A stretch of DNA of 64,000 bases from Alphaproteobacteria bacterium. Its GTDB lineage: Bacteria; Pseudomonadota; Alphaproteobacteria; Rs-D84. The number at the start of each line of letters is the position of its first letter. Positions within the stretch are counted from its first letter, which is position 1. Shown piece by piece: positions 48,247 through 58,209 of this stretch. Location: contig WRCC01000001.1 of the NCBI GenBank assembly GCA_009784235.1, forward strand, positions 177,506 through 241,505, written 5' to 3'. The notes beneath the pieces are model-generated. The model did not search any database, had not been told where the DNA came from, and saw nothing but the letters and a program-made list of their open reading frames with translations. The position numbers and the translations under genes are program-made.

Positions 48247-49995
48247 ATGACATACAGCCAAATTAGAAAAGCGTTTCTTGACTATATGGAACAGCATGGA
48301 CATAAAATTGTACCATCGGCATCGCTGATTCCAGATGACCCAACATTATTATTTACTGTTGCCGGAATGGTTCCGTTCAAGGGCGTGTTTTTGGGCACTG
48401 AACCGGCGCCCGCGCCGCGCGTTGCAGATTCGCAGAAATGTATTCGCGCAGGCGGCAAGCATAATGATTTAGAAGATGTCGGATTCAACGGCCGGCATCA
48501 TACTTTCTTTGAAATGCTGGGTAATTGGTCTTTTGGCGATTATTTCAAGCAAGGCGCAATTGAAATGTCATGGGATTTGTTGACCAATGTTTTGAAAATT
48601 GACCCAGCGCGATTGGTTGTAACAACGCACACCAGCGACGATGAAGCAACCGAAATTTGGAAAAAATTAACCGGTAAAGATGCTATACGCCTGGGCGATA
48701 AATCAAACTGGTGGTCGGCGGGCGATGTTGGGCCATGTGGACCATCCACAGAAATATTTTATGATTACGGACCGAATGTCGCGGGCGGATTGCCCGGCAC
48801 ACCGGACGAAGATGGCGACCGATACGTCGAAATCTGGAACAATGTTTTTATGGAATTTAATCGCGATGCGGATGGCGTGTTAAGCCCATTGCCCCATAAA
48901 AATGTCGATACCGGTGCGGGATTGGAACGCTGGGCCGCAATGCTGCAAGGCGTGACCAGCAATTACGATACAGATTTATTCGTCGCATTGCGTCGCGCAG
49001 TTGGCGAAGTCACGAGTGTCACAGAAACCCCAGAAAATACCGTATCTTTTAAAATAATTTCCGACCATTTGCGCAGCGTTGGATTTGCAATCGCAGATGG
49101 CGTTGTCCCGTCGAATACGGAACGCGGATATGTCGTGCGCCGTATTTTGCGCCGCGCAATGCGTCATGGCCAGGTTTTGGGTCATCGCGGGGCGTTGTTG
49201 TCGCGTTTGTACCCTGCCCTGGTTTCACAAATGGGTGATGCGTATCCTGAATTGGCGCGTGAACAATCGCGCGTTATCGCGACGATTGAAAAAGAAGAAC
49301 GCGCGTTTGAAGACATGCTGCACAACGGCTTGAAGTTATTGGAAAAAGAAGTTCCAAATGTGACAGGCGGCACAATGGCCGGCGATGTTGCGTTCAAGCT
49401 TTATGATACATACGGATTTCCGTTGGATTTAACGCAAACGATTTTGCGCGAACGTGGAATTGATGTTGATATCGCTGGGTTTGATGCGGCAATGGCCGAA
49501 CAAAAAGAACGGTCGCGTTCATCGCAAACATTCAAAGGCGGATTGGCCGACCACGATACCGAAACAACGAAGTTGCATACGGCGACACACTTGCTGCACG
49601 CCGCTTTGCGCAAAGTTTTGGGCAATGGCGTCGAACAAAAAGGCAGCAATATAACGCCGGAACGCTTGCGATTTGATTTTTCATTCGACCGACGTGTTGA
49701 ACCAAATGAATTGGCCGAAGTTGAACGCATTGTTAATGACGCCATCGCCGCCGCAGTGCCAATTGTTTGCAATGAAATGTCTGTTGCAGATGCCAAGGCA
49801 GCGGGCGCAATTGGATTATTCGAAGACAAATATGGTGACGCGGTTATGGTATATTCTGCGGGCGATTGGTCGCGCGAAATATGCGGTGGACCACACGTTG
49901 CAAATACATCCGAAATCGGCACATTCAAAATCAAAAAAGAAGAATCCAGCGCCGCCGGAATCCGCCGAATCAAAGCAGTCGTGGGTAATTCGTAG
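48247..49995 (+). CDS. alaS: alanine--tRNA ligase, short form (catalytic, tRNA-recognition and editing domains; no C-Ala domain)
   Basis: Class II motifs (FTVAGMVPFK, GNWSFGDYFK), editing-site HxxxH (HTATHLLH) and CGGPHV, ending ...IRRIKAVVGNS*. 582 aa against ~870 typical. The TAG stop lies within a palindromic element. Confidence 0.8.
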   Translation: MTYSQIRKAFLDYMEQHGHKIVPSASLIPDDPTLLFTVAGMVPFKGVFLGTEPAPAPRVADSQKCIRAGGKHNDLEDVGFNGRHHTFFEMLGNWSFGDYFKQGAIEMSWDLLTNVLKIDPARLVVTTHTSDDEATEIWKKLTGKDAIRLGDKSNWWSAGDVGPCGPSTEIFYDYGPNVAGGLPGTPDEDGDRYVEIWNNVFMEFNRDADGVLSPLPHKNVDTGAGLERWAAMLQGVTSNYDTDLFVALRRAVGEVTSVTETPENTVSFKIISDHLRSVGFAIADGVVPSNTERGYVVRRILRRAMRHGQVLGHRGALLSRLYPALVSQMGDAYPELAREQSRVIATIEKEERAFEDMLHNGLKLLEKEVPNVTGGTMAGDVAFKLYDTYGFPLDLTQTILRERGIDVDIAGFDAAMAEQKERSRSSQTFKGGLADHDTETTKLHTATHLLHAALRKVLGNGVEQKGSNITPERLRFDFSFDRRVEPNELAEVERIVNDAIAAAVPIVCNEMSVADAKAAGAIGLFEDKYGDAVMVYSAGDWSREICGGPHVANTSEIGTFKIKKEESSAAGIRRIKAVVGNS

Positions 49996-50028
49996 GGGCC
50001 CTTGGGCGCGGTTTCCGCGCCCCTACAT
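49992..50028. repeat. palindromic element, composite form, containing the alaS stop codon
   Basis: GTAGGGGCCCTTGGGCGCGGTTTCCGCGCCCCTACAT; TAG at 49993-49995. Confidence 0.75.
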
Positions 50029-50214
50029 CTTACTGAATAAACACCTATTTGACATTTCTGTTCCGACATGCTATTCTTGACATTGAACCGCTTGTGGCGG
50101 AGATTCACTCCAAATAAATTCCCTGAATAAGTTTTCGACTATTTATTTGTTTATTCGAAATGAATTTCCCGCCGCGGGCAGATGTTAAACACGTAAAAAA
50201 GGTAAAAACATAAA

Positions 50215-52125
50215 ATGGTAAAAGTAAGAAAAAAAGACGCCGATTTAAATAAAATCGGCAACCTGCCGTTCTTGTCAAATGGCATCGAAGATGATTTTGC
50301 GGACGATATTGACGGCAAAGATGCTGCGATTGCAGCCGTGTCTGCGATTGCAAAAAAGACGAAATCAAAGAAAAGAGAAAAAGGCTCCCCGACAGCCCCT
50401 ATCAAAGAGGGTGGCACAAGCAAGGATGCCGATGACATTATGCATTTCTTTGCTATGGGCGGATTGGAACATATCGGCCAAAATATGTACGTATATAAGT
50501 ACAAAGGCAAATATCTGATTGTCGATTGCGGAATGGGATTTTTGGAACAAGACGTCGGTGGCGATGATACAAAATATTGTGATACTACTTATTTGGAAAA
50601 ACGCAAAAAAGACGTTGTCGGAATGGTCATAACCCATGGGCACGAAGACCATATCGGCGCGCTGAAATACGTTTGGCCGAAATTTAAATGTCCGATTTAC
50701 TGTACGCGTTTTGTTGCGAAAATTTTGCGTCGTACATTCGATGGAATGGAAATAGAATACAAGCCGTCTGATATCGTTGAATTCAATCATAATGGTGATG
50801 ATTTTAATGTCGCGCCGTTTGGAATTGAAACTTTTCACGTTACACACTCGATTCCCGAAGCACAAATGATTGTCATAAAAACCCCGGCTGGAAAAATATT
50901 ACACACCGGCGACTGGACATTCAATGATGCGATTCCAATCGAAGCGGATACGGATTTCCAGCGCTTGCGCGAAATTGGGTCCGACCCAAATTTGTTGGCT
51001 TGTGTTTGTGATTCGACGTCTGCTAACCGCTTGACAGTTCAAACGACCGAAGTCGAAGTGCGCGAAAGCCTGGCCGAAATTATGAAAAAAGCACCGGGCC
51101 GCGTATTGGTTTCCGGATATGGCCGTTCCATCGCGCGCATGAAAATGTTCAGTGACGCCGCACGTGCCGCCGGCCGTGTTCCCGCGATTAAAGAACGCAG
51201 CAACACGCGCCCAGTCCCATACGTCGGATTGCCAGAATTTCGTGAAATCGGAATCGAATGTGGATATTTGGCACCGGATGATTTGGCGTTCCACCGCGAT
51301 ATCAAAGATTTGCCAGCAGAAAAACAAGCAATTTATTTGACGGGTCACCAAGGTGAAAAATACGCAATGTTAACACGTTTATGTCGTGGACATGTCAAAG
51401 AAATGAAGCTGATGCCGACCGACACAGTCGTATTCAGCGCGATTATTATTCCGGGTCGCGAAGCGAATGTTTCGTTCTTGTATAATAAATTGGCGAAAAT
51501 GGGCGTTGCGATTAAGACTGTTTATGACACGCCGAACGTGCACGCGTCCGGCCATGCTGGTCGTCCGGAATACGAACGATTCTATGACATCGTGCATCCG
51601 CAGACAATTATTCCGATGCACGGCGAATACATCACCGAAATGCTGAATGCGAAAATGGCGATGGAAATCGGCGGTGCGAAGCACATGATGATTGTGCATA
51701 ACGGCGATGTTGTTGAATTGAAAAAAGACGTTGAACCAGAAATCGTCGAAAAATTCAAAGTTGGTTTTATTGTAATGGAAGGCGAAACAGAACGCATGGG
51801 TAACGACGACCCGGTCTTGAAAAACCGCAAAAAATTATCGACCGAGGGGGCTGTGTTCGTCACCCTGCCCGTTGATAAACGCGGGTATTTAAAAGATACA
51901 CCGGATGTTTCCAGTGCGGGCGTTTTTGAACATGATGAAAAGGGCCTGATTAAACGCCAAATTCAAATCGAAATTACCAAAGCGATGAAAGATTTAGGCA
52001 AGGCAGAACGCAAGAGTCAGGAAAATCTGCGCAATGCGGTTATAACGGCGGTCAAGGGTGTTATCCGTCCGATATTCGGCGACCGAAAATCACCCGCCGT
52101 CCAAGTGCACTTTGTGTATAAGTAA
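50215..52125 (+). CDS. rnj: ribonuclease J (metallo-beta-lactamase/beta-CASP) with ~75-aa N-terminal extension
   Basis: HGHEDHIG zinc motif, beta-CASP region and C-terminal domain; N-terminal 75 aa Lys/Asp-rich. Confidence 0.85.
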   Translation: MVKVRKKDADLNKIGNLPFLSNGIEDDFADDIDGKDAAIAAVSAIAKKTKSKKREKGSPTAPIKEGGTSKDADDIMHFFAMGGLEHIGQNMYVYKYKGKYLIVDCGMGFLEQDVGGDDTKYCDTTYLEKRKKDVVGMVITHGHEDHIGALKYVWPKFKCPIYCTRFVAKILRRTFDGMEIEYKPSDIVEFNHNGDDFNVAPFGIETFHVTHSIPEAQMIVIKTPAGKILHTGDWTFNDAIPIEADTDFQRLREIGSDPNLLACVCDSTSANRLTVQTTEVEVRESLAEIMKKAPGRVLVSGYGRSIARMKMFSDAARAAGRVPAIKERSNTRPVPYVGLPEFREIGIECGYLAPDDLAFHRDIKDLPAEKQAIYLTGHQGEKYAMLTRLCRGHVKEMKLMPTDTVVFSAIIIPGREANVSFLYNKLAKMGVAIKTVYDTPNVHASGHAGRPEYERFYDIVHPQTIIPMHGEYITEMLNAKMAMEIGGAKHMMIVHNGDVVELKKDVEPEIVEKFKVGFIVMEGETERMGNDDPVLKNRKKLSTEGAVFVTLPVDKRGYLKDTPDVSSAGVFEHDEKGLIKRQIQIEITKAMKDLGKAERKSQENLRNAVITAVKGVIRPIFGDRKSPAVQVHFVYK

Positions 52126-52155
52126 AAAATGCCGCGGATGCGGCATTTTTTATTT
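52124..52155. terminator. bidirectional terminator, second identical copy of AAAAAATGCCGCGGATGCGGCATTTTTTATTT
   Basis: Between convergent rnj and ackA; 32/32 identical to 46724-46755. Confidence 0.75.
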
Positions 52156-53397
52156 CAAAAAAGAATATTCCATTTCCAAGTGGTTCGGGTTGTATGTTCC
52201 ATTCGCGACGGCGATTGTGTCTTCGACAATGACCAATTCTTCGTTCGTCGGAATCATAAATACTTTGATTTTTGAATCTGGCGCGGACAAGACTGTTTCA
52301 CCACATCCCTTGAACACAAATGTTTCTGCGTTTTTCGCCGCGTCCAGTTTGATGCCCAATTCTTCCAATCCGACGGTCGCCATTTGACGGACGATATCGT
52401 CATTTTCGCCGACGCCCGCGGTGAAGACAATAGCATCAACATGACCCAGTTCCGCCATATACGCGCCGATATATTTCTTTATATTATGGGTTTCAACGTC
52501 CAAAGCCAGACGACAATTATCGTCGTGTTTTGCCATTGCTGCTTCTATATCACGATGGTCGATATAGCATTCGGACAAACCCAACATACCGGATTGCTTG
52601 TTCAGGTGGACTTGGATTTGCGCCGGCGTAATGCCAAGGCGTTCCATAACATAGAATATAATACCCGGGTCAATGTCGCCGCTGCGCGTGCTCATCGTCA
52701 AGCCGGACAATGGTGTCAAGCCCATCGTCGTGTCAACGGACCGGCCGCCACGAATTGCAGTTGCAGATGCGCCCGAACCGATATGCAGCGTAATCACGTT
52801 TATATCAGATGCCGGTTTGCCCAGCATGGCCGCCGCGCGTTTTGATACATACAAGTGCGATGTGCCATGAAATCCATAGCGGCGCACACCCAATTCACGA
52901 TACCAGGCCGCCGGCACGGGATAGCGATATGCGTAATCCGGCATTGTCTGGTGGAACGCGGTGTCAAACACGGCGACTTGTTTTGCATTCGGCAGCAATT
53001 GTTTCGCAACGACAATGCCGACCAGATTCGCCGGATTGTGCAGCGGCGCCAAGACAGACAATTCTTCGATTGCACGGATGACTTCGTCGGTAATTTCGAC
53101 GGATGACGCGAATTTGTCGCCGCCGTGAACGACGCGGTGGCCCACGGCCATGATTTCGTTCATGTCAATCGATGCTTCGCGCAGCATGAACATTACAACG
53201 TTCAACGCTTCGTTGTGGTCTTTCATCGCAGTGTCTTTGCGATTTTTCGCACCATCCGGATATTTTTGTGTAATGAAAGAATCTTCTTGGCCGATTTTTT
53301 CAACATTTCCGCCGACAACAACATTGCGCGTTTCGGAATCAAAAATCTGGTATTTCAGGGATGATGAACCACAGTTCAATGCAAGTACGTATGACAT
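52150..53397 (-). CDS. ackA: acetate kinase
   Basis: MSYVLALNCGSSSLKYQIFD N-terminus, HNPANL and FHGTSH motifs. Start set at ATG 53397 (RBS AAGGA), because the upstream ATG lies beyond a perfect hairpin. Confidence 0.85.
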   Translation of the reverse strand: MSYVLALNCGSSSLKYQIFDSETRNVVVGGNVEKIGQEDSFITQKYPDGAKNRKDTAMKDHNEALNVVMFMLREASIDMNEIMAVGHRVVHGGDKFASSVEITDEVIRAIEELSVLAPLHNPANLVGIVVAKQLLPNAKQVAVFDTAFHQTMPDYAYRYPVPAAWYRELGVRRYGFHGTSHLYVSKRAAAMLGKPASDINVITLHIGSGASATAIRGGRSVDTTMGLTPLSGLTMSTRSGDIDPGIIFYVMERLGITPAQIQVHLNKQSGMLGLSECYIDHRDIEAAMAKHDDNCRLALDVETHNIKKYIGAYMAELGHVDAIVFTAGVGENDDIVRQMATVGLEELGIKLDAAKNAETFVFKGCGETVLSAPDSKIKVFMIPTNEELVIVEDTIAVANGTYNPNHLEMEYSFLK

Positions 53398-53411
53398 GAT
53401 TATCCTTTTTG

Positions 53412-53442
53412 TTTGTGCGGCAAGCATATAAGCTTGCCGCAC
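53412..53442 (-). terminator. hairpin terminator between the Mtd-like gene and ackA
   Basis: TTGTGCGGCAAGC-ATATA-GCTTGCCGCACAA, a perfect 13-bp stem. Confidence 0.5.
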
Positions 53443-53454
53443 AAAAATCAAGCA

Positions 53455-54063
53455 CTAATACCAGATTCTGAACCGGATTTTCCAATTCGTGTTTGTGATA
53501 TTTGTTGTAATACCGCTGGTTTTATGCGAAACCCAAAAATTTTCGCCAGCGACGGCCAAGCGGGCGCGAACGCCATTTGCATCCGTGAACAAGAATGGAC
53601 GCGGGTTTGTACGATTGCCTATACCAAATGCATATACAATTTCGCCGATTTGATATCCGGCATCTGGTGTTTGGCATATTAATACCGCGTCGGCCATGGC
53701 GCGTGCGACATCAAGCCCGGGCAATTGTCCAAATATCATTTCTTGGAACGAAGTTGTCGATATGGTTGCAGATTCCATGTTCACGAAGTTCGGCAAGGCC
53801 GGTGCAGCGAATGCATATCCGGCCAGGTGGCCTGCGATACGTGCATCCAATTCTTCGTCTGATATGCCGCCACATACGCCGTCGCCACCGGCAATAATTT
53901 CCGCCAAATCAGCGGCGCGGGCCAACGGAATACCACCCAATGTCGCGCCATCATGCACGCGTACGGTCTTTGCGTCTGTATCCACAGTGATTTCACCCAT
54001 TGCACCGGTAAAGTTTGCATGTTCGGCCGCCGTCCCGCGGCGAATTTGTATTTGTCTTGTCAT
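53455..54063 (-). CDS. phage tail-fibre-like protein with Mtd (major tropism determinant) N-terminal-type domain
   Basis: N-terminus MTRQIQIRRGTAAEHANFTGAMGEITVDTDAKTVRVHDGATLGGIPLARAADL closely parallels the Bordetella phage BPP-1 Mtd N-terminus (FRGGTTAQHATFTGAAREITVDTDKNTVVVHDGATAGGFPLAR). 202 aa; no lectin-fold C-terminus. Confidence 0.55.
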   Translation of the reverse strand: MTRQIQIRRGTAAEHANFTGAMGEITVDTDAKTVRVHDGATLGGIPLARAADLAEIIAGGDGVCGGISDEELDARIAGHLAGYAFAAPALPNFVNMESATISTTSFQEMIFGQLPGLDVARAMADAVLICQTPDAGYQIGEIVYAFGIGNRTNPRPFLFTDANGVRARLAVAGENFWVSHKTSGITTNITNTNWKIRFRIWY

Positions 54064-54091
54064 ACTGATTCTCCTTTTTTGGTTAAAAAAT

Positions 54092-54114
54092 GGGGCGCAA
54101 ATATGCGCCCCTAC
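54092..54114. repeat. palindromic element, short form (GGGGCGCAAATATGCGCCCCTAC)
   Basis: Identical core to the copy at 40306. Confidence 0.8.
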
Positions 54115-54336
54115 TATGATAAAAAAACCGCCAAAAAGGCGGATGCGTACGTCGCAATTATGCCAGAAAATCGATAAAAAATCAAGCAGAATTATGTCAG
54201 AATATTAATTAATAGACAAAAATATATTTATTATAGAATATAATTAACACAAATAAATATTAAATAAAACAGTAACTCACTGAAAATAGCCATTTTTTAT
54301 AGATTGACAAAAAAATTCTGTATAAGCAATATTACC

Positions 54337-54365
54337 TTGACCCTGCAATTTTTTGTCTTTATAAT
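54337..54365 (+). promoter_or_regulatory. sigma-70-like promoter of the lipoprotein gene
   Basis: TTGACC (54337-42), 17-nt spacer, TATAAT (54360-65); RBS AGGAG before ATG 54408. Confidence 0.5.
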
Positions 54366-54407
54366 GTCATTAAGCATGATAAGCAATCTTAACGGCAGGA
54401 GTTAATC

Positions 54408-55754
54408 ATGAAAAAACAAACAAACGCTTTATTCAAATTTCGCCCTTTGGCCAGAGTTGCGCCATTTATTGCCGGGACTATGCTGTTGGCCGCTTCTTGT
54501 GGCGATAAAAACAACGACGGCCCGAATAATCCGCCGGAAATTGAAAACCCGGTAACGCCCGGAAATATTTTCACAACTTTGGATAACGCTGTGAAAACAT
54601 TGAACGGAACCAATCCTCCGGCAAAGCTGGAAATAAATCTTGGTACGAACAGATTGGAATATAATGCTAATTTGGAAAAAGCCTTTGAAAATTTGGGACG
54701 CGCAATAGATAAAGCCGAAAAAACGCAAGTATCGATTGTCGGCCTGTCGGAAATTCATACCCCACAGGGCAGAAGATTAAAAATCCCAGTATCGGTCCTG
54801 AAAGCCACCAAGCAAAACATCGTAACGCGGAGCGGTACGATTACGGGTTATGTTTTCCTGAGCGGCGGAGAAATCCAGATTACAGGCGGCATTCCATACG
54901 GCGAAATCGATGAAATTGCAGGCATTGCCACTGGGACCAGGTCAGGCTCGAATATCGCGGAAAGGGCATCGTTGGTAATAATCGACAAATCTTTGATTGA
55001 CCAGGACGGAATACAAAACCCGATAACCGACACAACTTCCCCGTTAAAACACCTTGTGTCACAGGAATATAGAATACGCATTGACACTATGTATGTGGTA
55101 ATAAATGACCTGACCGAAGGCGAAAATAGAAAAATACACTCCTTTTTCTTGGGCACAACAATGGCCAGCGATAACAAAAAAGTTGTGGGGATGAATTTTG
55201 ACCGTCTGGATATTATGACGGTCAACGACCCGTTGCTGCGCGAATTGCAAATAAACGGCGGTCCGACGGTTACCGGAAAAACGCCGCGTATTGCCGCCGA
55301 CAAAGCGCCCAGATTCCCTGAATTCCGCGGGGATGAAATTCGGTTTGACAGCGGCGGCGGAATCCAGAACCTGACATTTTCGGCCCGGGAACATAAAAAC
55401 CGCGTCCGTTTATACAGCAGAACCGATACTGTTATCGAAATAAGCAGTCAAGGTTTGGGACTTGCAGGTAATCGTTGGGTTCTTGATTACTTCAAGCTTA
55501 TGGACTTCCTTTCTTATATCGATGTTGCGCCCGGCCATAAAATAATCGTCGGTGCACCATTGCTTGTCGGTACACCGGGTTATGATATCGGCGGTGGACA
55601 GATTGTTGAAAAAAGACCCGAAGTCTATTATCCCGAATTTGCCGCCCATAATAACACTTACGAAGTTTGGAATGCCAAAGGTGGACCAAAGTTTTGGCGG
55701 GATGGCGTTACCGCTGCGCTGGAAACAGTGGCGACGGTTGGGGTGGAAAGATAG
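54408..55754 (+). CDS. hypothetical lipoprotein (448 aa)
   Basis: Lipobox LAASC; beta-rich; no motif recognised; AT-rich locus with its own promoter. Confidence 0.5.
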   Translation: MKKQTNALFKFRPLARVAPFIAGTMLLAASCGDKNNDGPNNPPEIENPVTPGNIFTTLDNAVKTLNGTNPPAKLEINLGTNRLEYNANLEKAFENLGRAIDKAEKTQVSIVGLSEIHTPQGRRLKIPVSVLKATKQNIVTRSGTITGYVFLSGGEIQITGGIPYGEIDEIAGIATGTRSGSNIAERASLVIIDKSLIDQDGIQNPITDTTSPLKHLVSQEYRIRIDTMYVVINDLTEGENRKIHSFFLGTTMASDNKKVVGMNFDRLDIMTVNDPLLRELQINGGPTVTGKTPRIAADKAPRFPEFRGDEIRFDSGGGIQNLTFSAREHKNRVRLYSRTDTVIEISSQGLGLAGNRWVLDYFKLMDFLSYIDVAPGHKIIVGAPLLVGTPGYDIGGGQIVEKRPEVYYPEFAAHNNTYEVWNAKGGPKFWRDGVTAALETVATVGVER

Positions 55755-55798
55755 AAATAAATCTGTTTGTCACATTCGGGGTACAGGAGAGAGTTTTT

Positions 55799-56557
55799 AT
55801 GACAGCTTTTAACACACATCGTCCATCGTGCGCACATTTTTTGTCCGTATTGTTCACGGTTTTTGTTATGGTTGTATTCAGTGCACAATATGCTGATGCT
55901 GCGACGACGTGTGGCCCGGGGCAGAGGTTGTCCGCCGGCACTTGCATTGATTGTGGCAATGGATTTTACAAAACTGGAACCAACGCTAATACTTCATGTA
56001 CGCAATGCCCGGATATCAACGGCAACACAACCGGCAGCGGACCATTCGGTACAACCAGACGCACCACAGCCCAATTGATAAACGAGTGCTATTTTCCCAC
56101 AACGCAAGTTTTAACCGACGCCCAGGGTACTTTTAAGTTTGAATGCGACTGCACCAACGATGGTAAATGCCAGAGCGCTCTGCTGGAACACGGGGCGCCT
56201 TGCTCGAATGGCAACCAATGCGTATCTGGATGCTGCAACAGCAATGTATGCTCTGTCGCCACTGCATGCACGGGCGGTGGCAGCAGATTACCGGATGGTT
56301 CGGATTGCGAAAGCGATGTGCAATGCAATTCAAATATTTGCTGTGGTGGGATTTGTTCGACCGTATGTGGGGATGGTTGCCCTGCGGGCTACTGTCACCC
56401 TCAAAATGAAACCTGTTGCTGTATAGTTAACCTTCCTGGATGGGGGTGTTTGCAATACGGATGTGCGCCATTTGAAAACGCTACCTGTTGCGGCGAATGG
56501 GCATGTCCGAGTGGTTTTGTGTGCGGCAGTGATTATGGCGTTTGTGATATGCCATAA
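55799..56557 (+). CDS. secreted Cys-rich protein (furin/GCC-like CxxCxxGxYK start, many CC/CxC pairs)
   Basis: Signal peptide VLFTVFVMVVFSAQYADA. N-terminal CGPGQRLSAGTCIDCGNGFYKTGTNANTSCTQCP resembles the N-terminal modules of giant gene 2. Start moved to ATG 55799. Confidence 0.5.
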   Translation: MTAFNTHRPSCAHFLSVLFTVFVMVVFSAQYADAATTCGPGQRLSAGTCIDCGNGFYKTGTNANTSCTQCPDINGNTTGSGPFGTTRRTTAQLINECYFPTTQVLTDAQGTFKFECDCTNDGKCQSALLEHGAPCSNGNQCVSGCCNSNVCSVATACTGGGSRLPDGSDCESDVQCNSNICCGGICSTVCGDGCPAGYCHPQNETCCCIVNLPGWGCLQYGCAPFENATCCGEWACPSGFVCGSDYGVCDMP

Positions 56558-56636
56558 TGATGCGCACCCCGCCTGAAAGATTGGCATAAAAACATCCCGC
56601 AAATGCGGGATGTTTTTTTATTCATGTCGCTTATCG

Positions 56637-58103
56637 TTATTTCATCATCGGAAACAGTATCACATCGCGCAAGGTTGGTTGGTCGGCAATGATGGATAAA
56701 AACCGGTCAATGCCAATGCCCAGACCGGAAATCGGCGGCATCCCGTGTTCCATGGCCGTCAAGAAATCTTCATCAACGTCAAATGACTCTTCGTCGCCGG
56801 CCTCTTTGTTCGCGGCTTGTTCATCAAAGGCTTCGCGTTGGATAATCGGGTCAACCAATTCGGAATATGCTTTGATAATTTCAGCGCCCGCAATAATTAG
56901 TTGGAATATATCGATACGGCGACCATCTGCGTCATTACGTCGCGCAAGCGGTATCAGATACGCCGGATAATTATATGTAATCGTTGGTTGGACAATTTCG
57001 TTACGGATTTTACGCTTGAACACATAATCGACAATCGCCGGCACGGAATGCAGGTCTTTCAATTCATCCGCCGGGAACATTCCCGCATTAACCAGTTGTT
57101 TCCGCAGTGCAATCGCGTCATTGAATTCCAATATATCAACGCCCAACAATTCATTCATCCGCGCGGTATAATCGATTTTTTCATAAGACGAAAAGTCCAA
57201 CGTTTGCCCTTGGTATTCAATTTGCAGCTTGCCGTGCAGCTGGGTCACAATATCTTGAATCATTGCCCATGAAAAATCGATATTATCGTTGTAATCCCAA
57301 TACGCCGCGTACCATTCCAGCATGGTGAATTCTTGCAAATGCATTGGTGACACGCCTTCGTTTCGGAAATTTTTTCCGATTTCAAATACACGGTCAAATC
57401 CGGCGGCGATAGTTTCTTTTAAAAATAATTCCGGCGCAATACGCAGGTAAAAATCATGGTCCAGTGCATTATGATGCGTGACGAATGGCCGCGCGGCCGC
57501 GCCCGATGCAATATTTTGCAATATTGGTGTTTCGACTTCGACAAAGCCATTATCATCCAAATAATCGCGAATAATGCGCAGCATTTGGAAACGCATTTTC
57601 ATTGTGCGACGTGTTTCTGGATTCGCAATAATATCCAGATAACGCTGGCGATAACGGGTATCAATATCGGTCAAGCCGTGAAATTTTTCCGGTAACGGAC
57701 GCAACGCCTTGGCCAGGATTTCGACTTCGCGCCCTTTTATTGTAATTTCGCCGGCGGTCGTTGTGTATATTTCGCCATCGATACCGATAAAATCACCCAA
57801 GTCCAAATTGGTTTTCAAAAACTTGAAATTTTCTTCACCAATATCGGCCAAAGATAATGAAAACTGAATTTCCCCATCAATGTCATAAATCCGCCCAAAC
57901 ATCAATTTGCCCAGCCAACGAAGCGCAGTAACGCGACCCGGCGCGCGAACCGCCGTGCCATCACCGGCATCACGGGCCGCGGCGATTGTATGCGTGCGGT
58001 CATATTTATCTTTCCAAACAACGCCATCGCGGATGCGGATGTTTTCGGCTTTCTGCAAGCGTGCAGTCAATTCATTTGTTGAAATTGGCATGTTGTCTGA
58101 CAT
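56637..58103 (-). CDS. lysS: lysine--tRNA ligase (class II)
   Basis: OB-fold anticodon-binding N-domain; class II motifs 1 to 3 (…FRNEG…, GLGIGIDRFLSIIAD). Confidence 0.85.
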   Translation of the reverse strand: MSDNMPISTNELTARLQKAENIRIRDGVVWKDKYDRTHTIAAARDAGDGTAVRAPGRVTALRWLGKLMFGRIYDIDGEIQFSLSLADIGEENFKFLKTNLDLGDFIGIDGEIYTTTAGEITIKGREVEILAKALRPLPEKFHGLTDIDTRYRQRYLDIIANPETRRTMKMRFQMLRIIRDYLDDNGFVEVETPILQNIASGAAARPFVTHHNALDHDFYLRIAPELFLKETIAAGFDRVFEIGKNFRNEGVSPMHLQEFTMLEWYAAYWDYNDNIDFSWAMIQDIVTQLHGKLQIEYQGQTLDFSSYEKIDYTARMNELLGVDILEFNDAIALRKQLVNAGMFPADELKDLHSVPAIVDYVFKRKIRNEIVQPTITYNYPAYLIPLARRNDADGRRIDIFQLIIAGAEIIKAYSELVDPIIQREAFDEQAANKEAGDEESFDVDEDFLTAMEHGMPPISGLGIGIDRFLSIIADQPTLRDVILFPMMK

Positions 58104-58209
58104 TCTATAATTCCTTTTATAAAAAAACGGACGCAAAACGCGCCCGCAGATTTTGTTCTGAGGCGCAATTTACATCAATTTTTTGGATTTCAAAAGCACC
58201 GATATTCCT

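Noticed and set aside
49401-50108. 235-aa minus-strand ORF overlapping alaS 3' region
   Set aside because: Antisense to the well-supported alaS frame and spanning the palindromic element; no coding features.
53398-53451. Longer ackA ORF start (MIFVRQAYMLAAQTKRII…)
   Set aside because: It extends through a perfect 13-bp hairpin; the conserved AckA N-terminus MSYVLALNCGSSS starts at 53397 with an RBS.
53455-54400. Diversity-generating retroelement around the Mtd-like gene
   Set aside because: No reverse transcriptase ORF, no recognisable template/variable repeat pair in the window, and the protein lacks the lectin-fold variable domain; kept only as a tail-fibre-like orphan.
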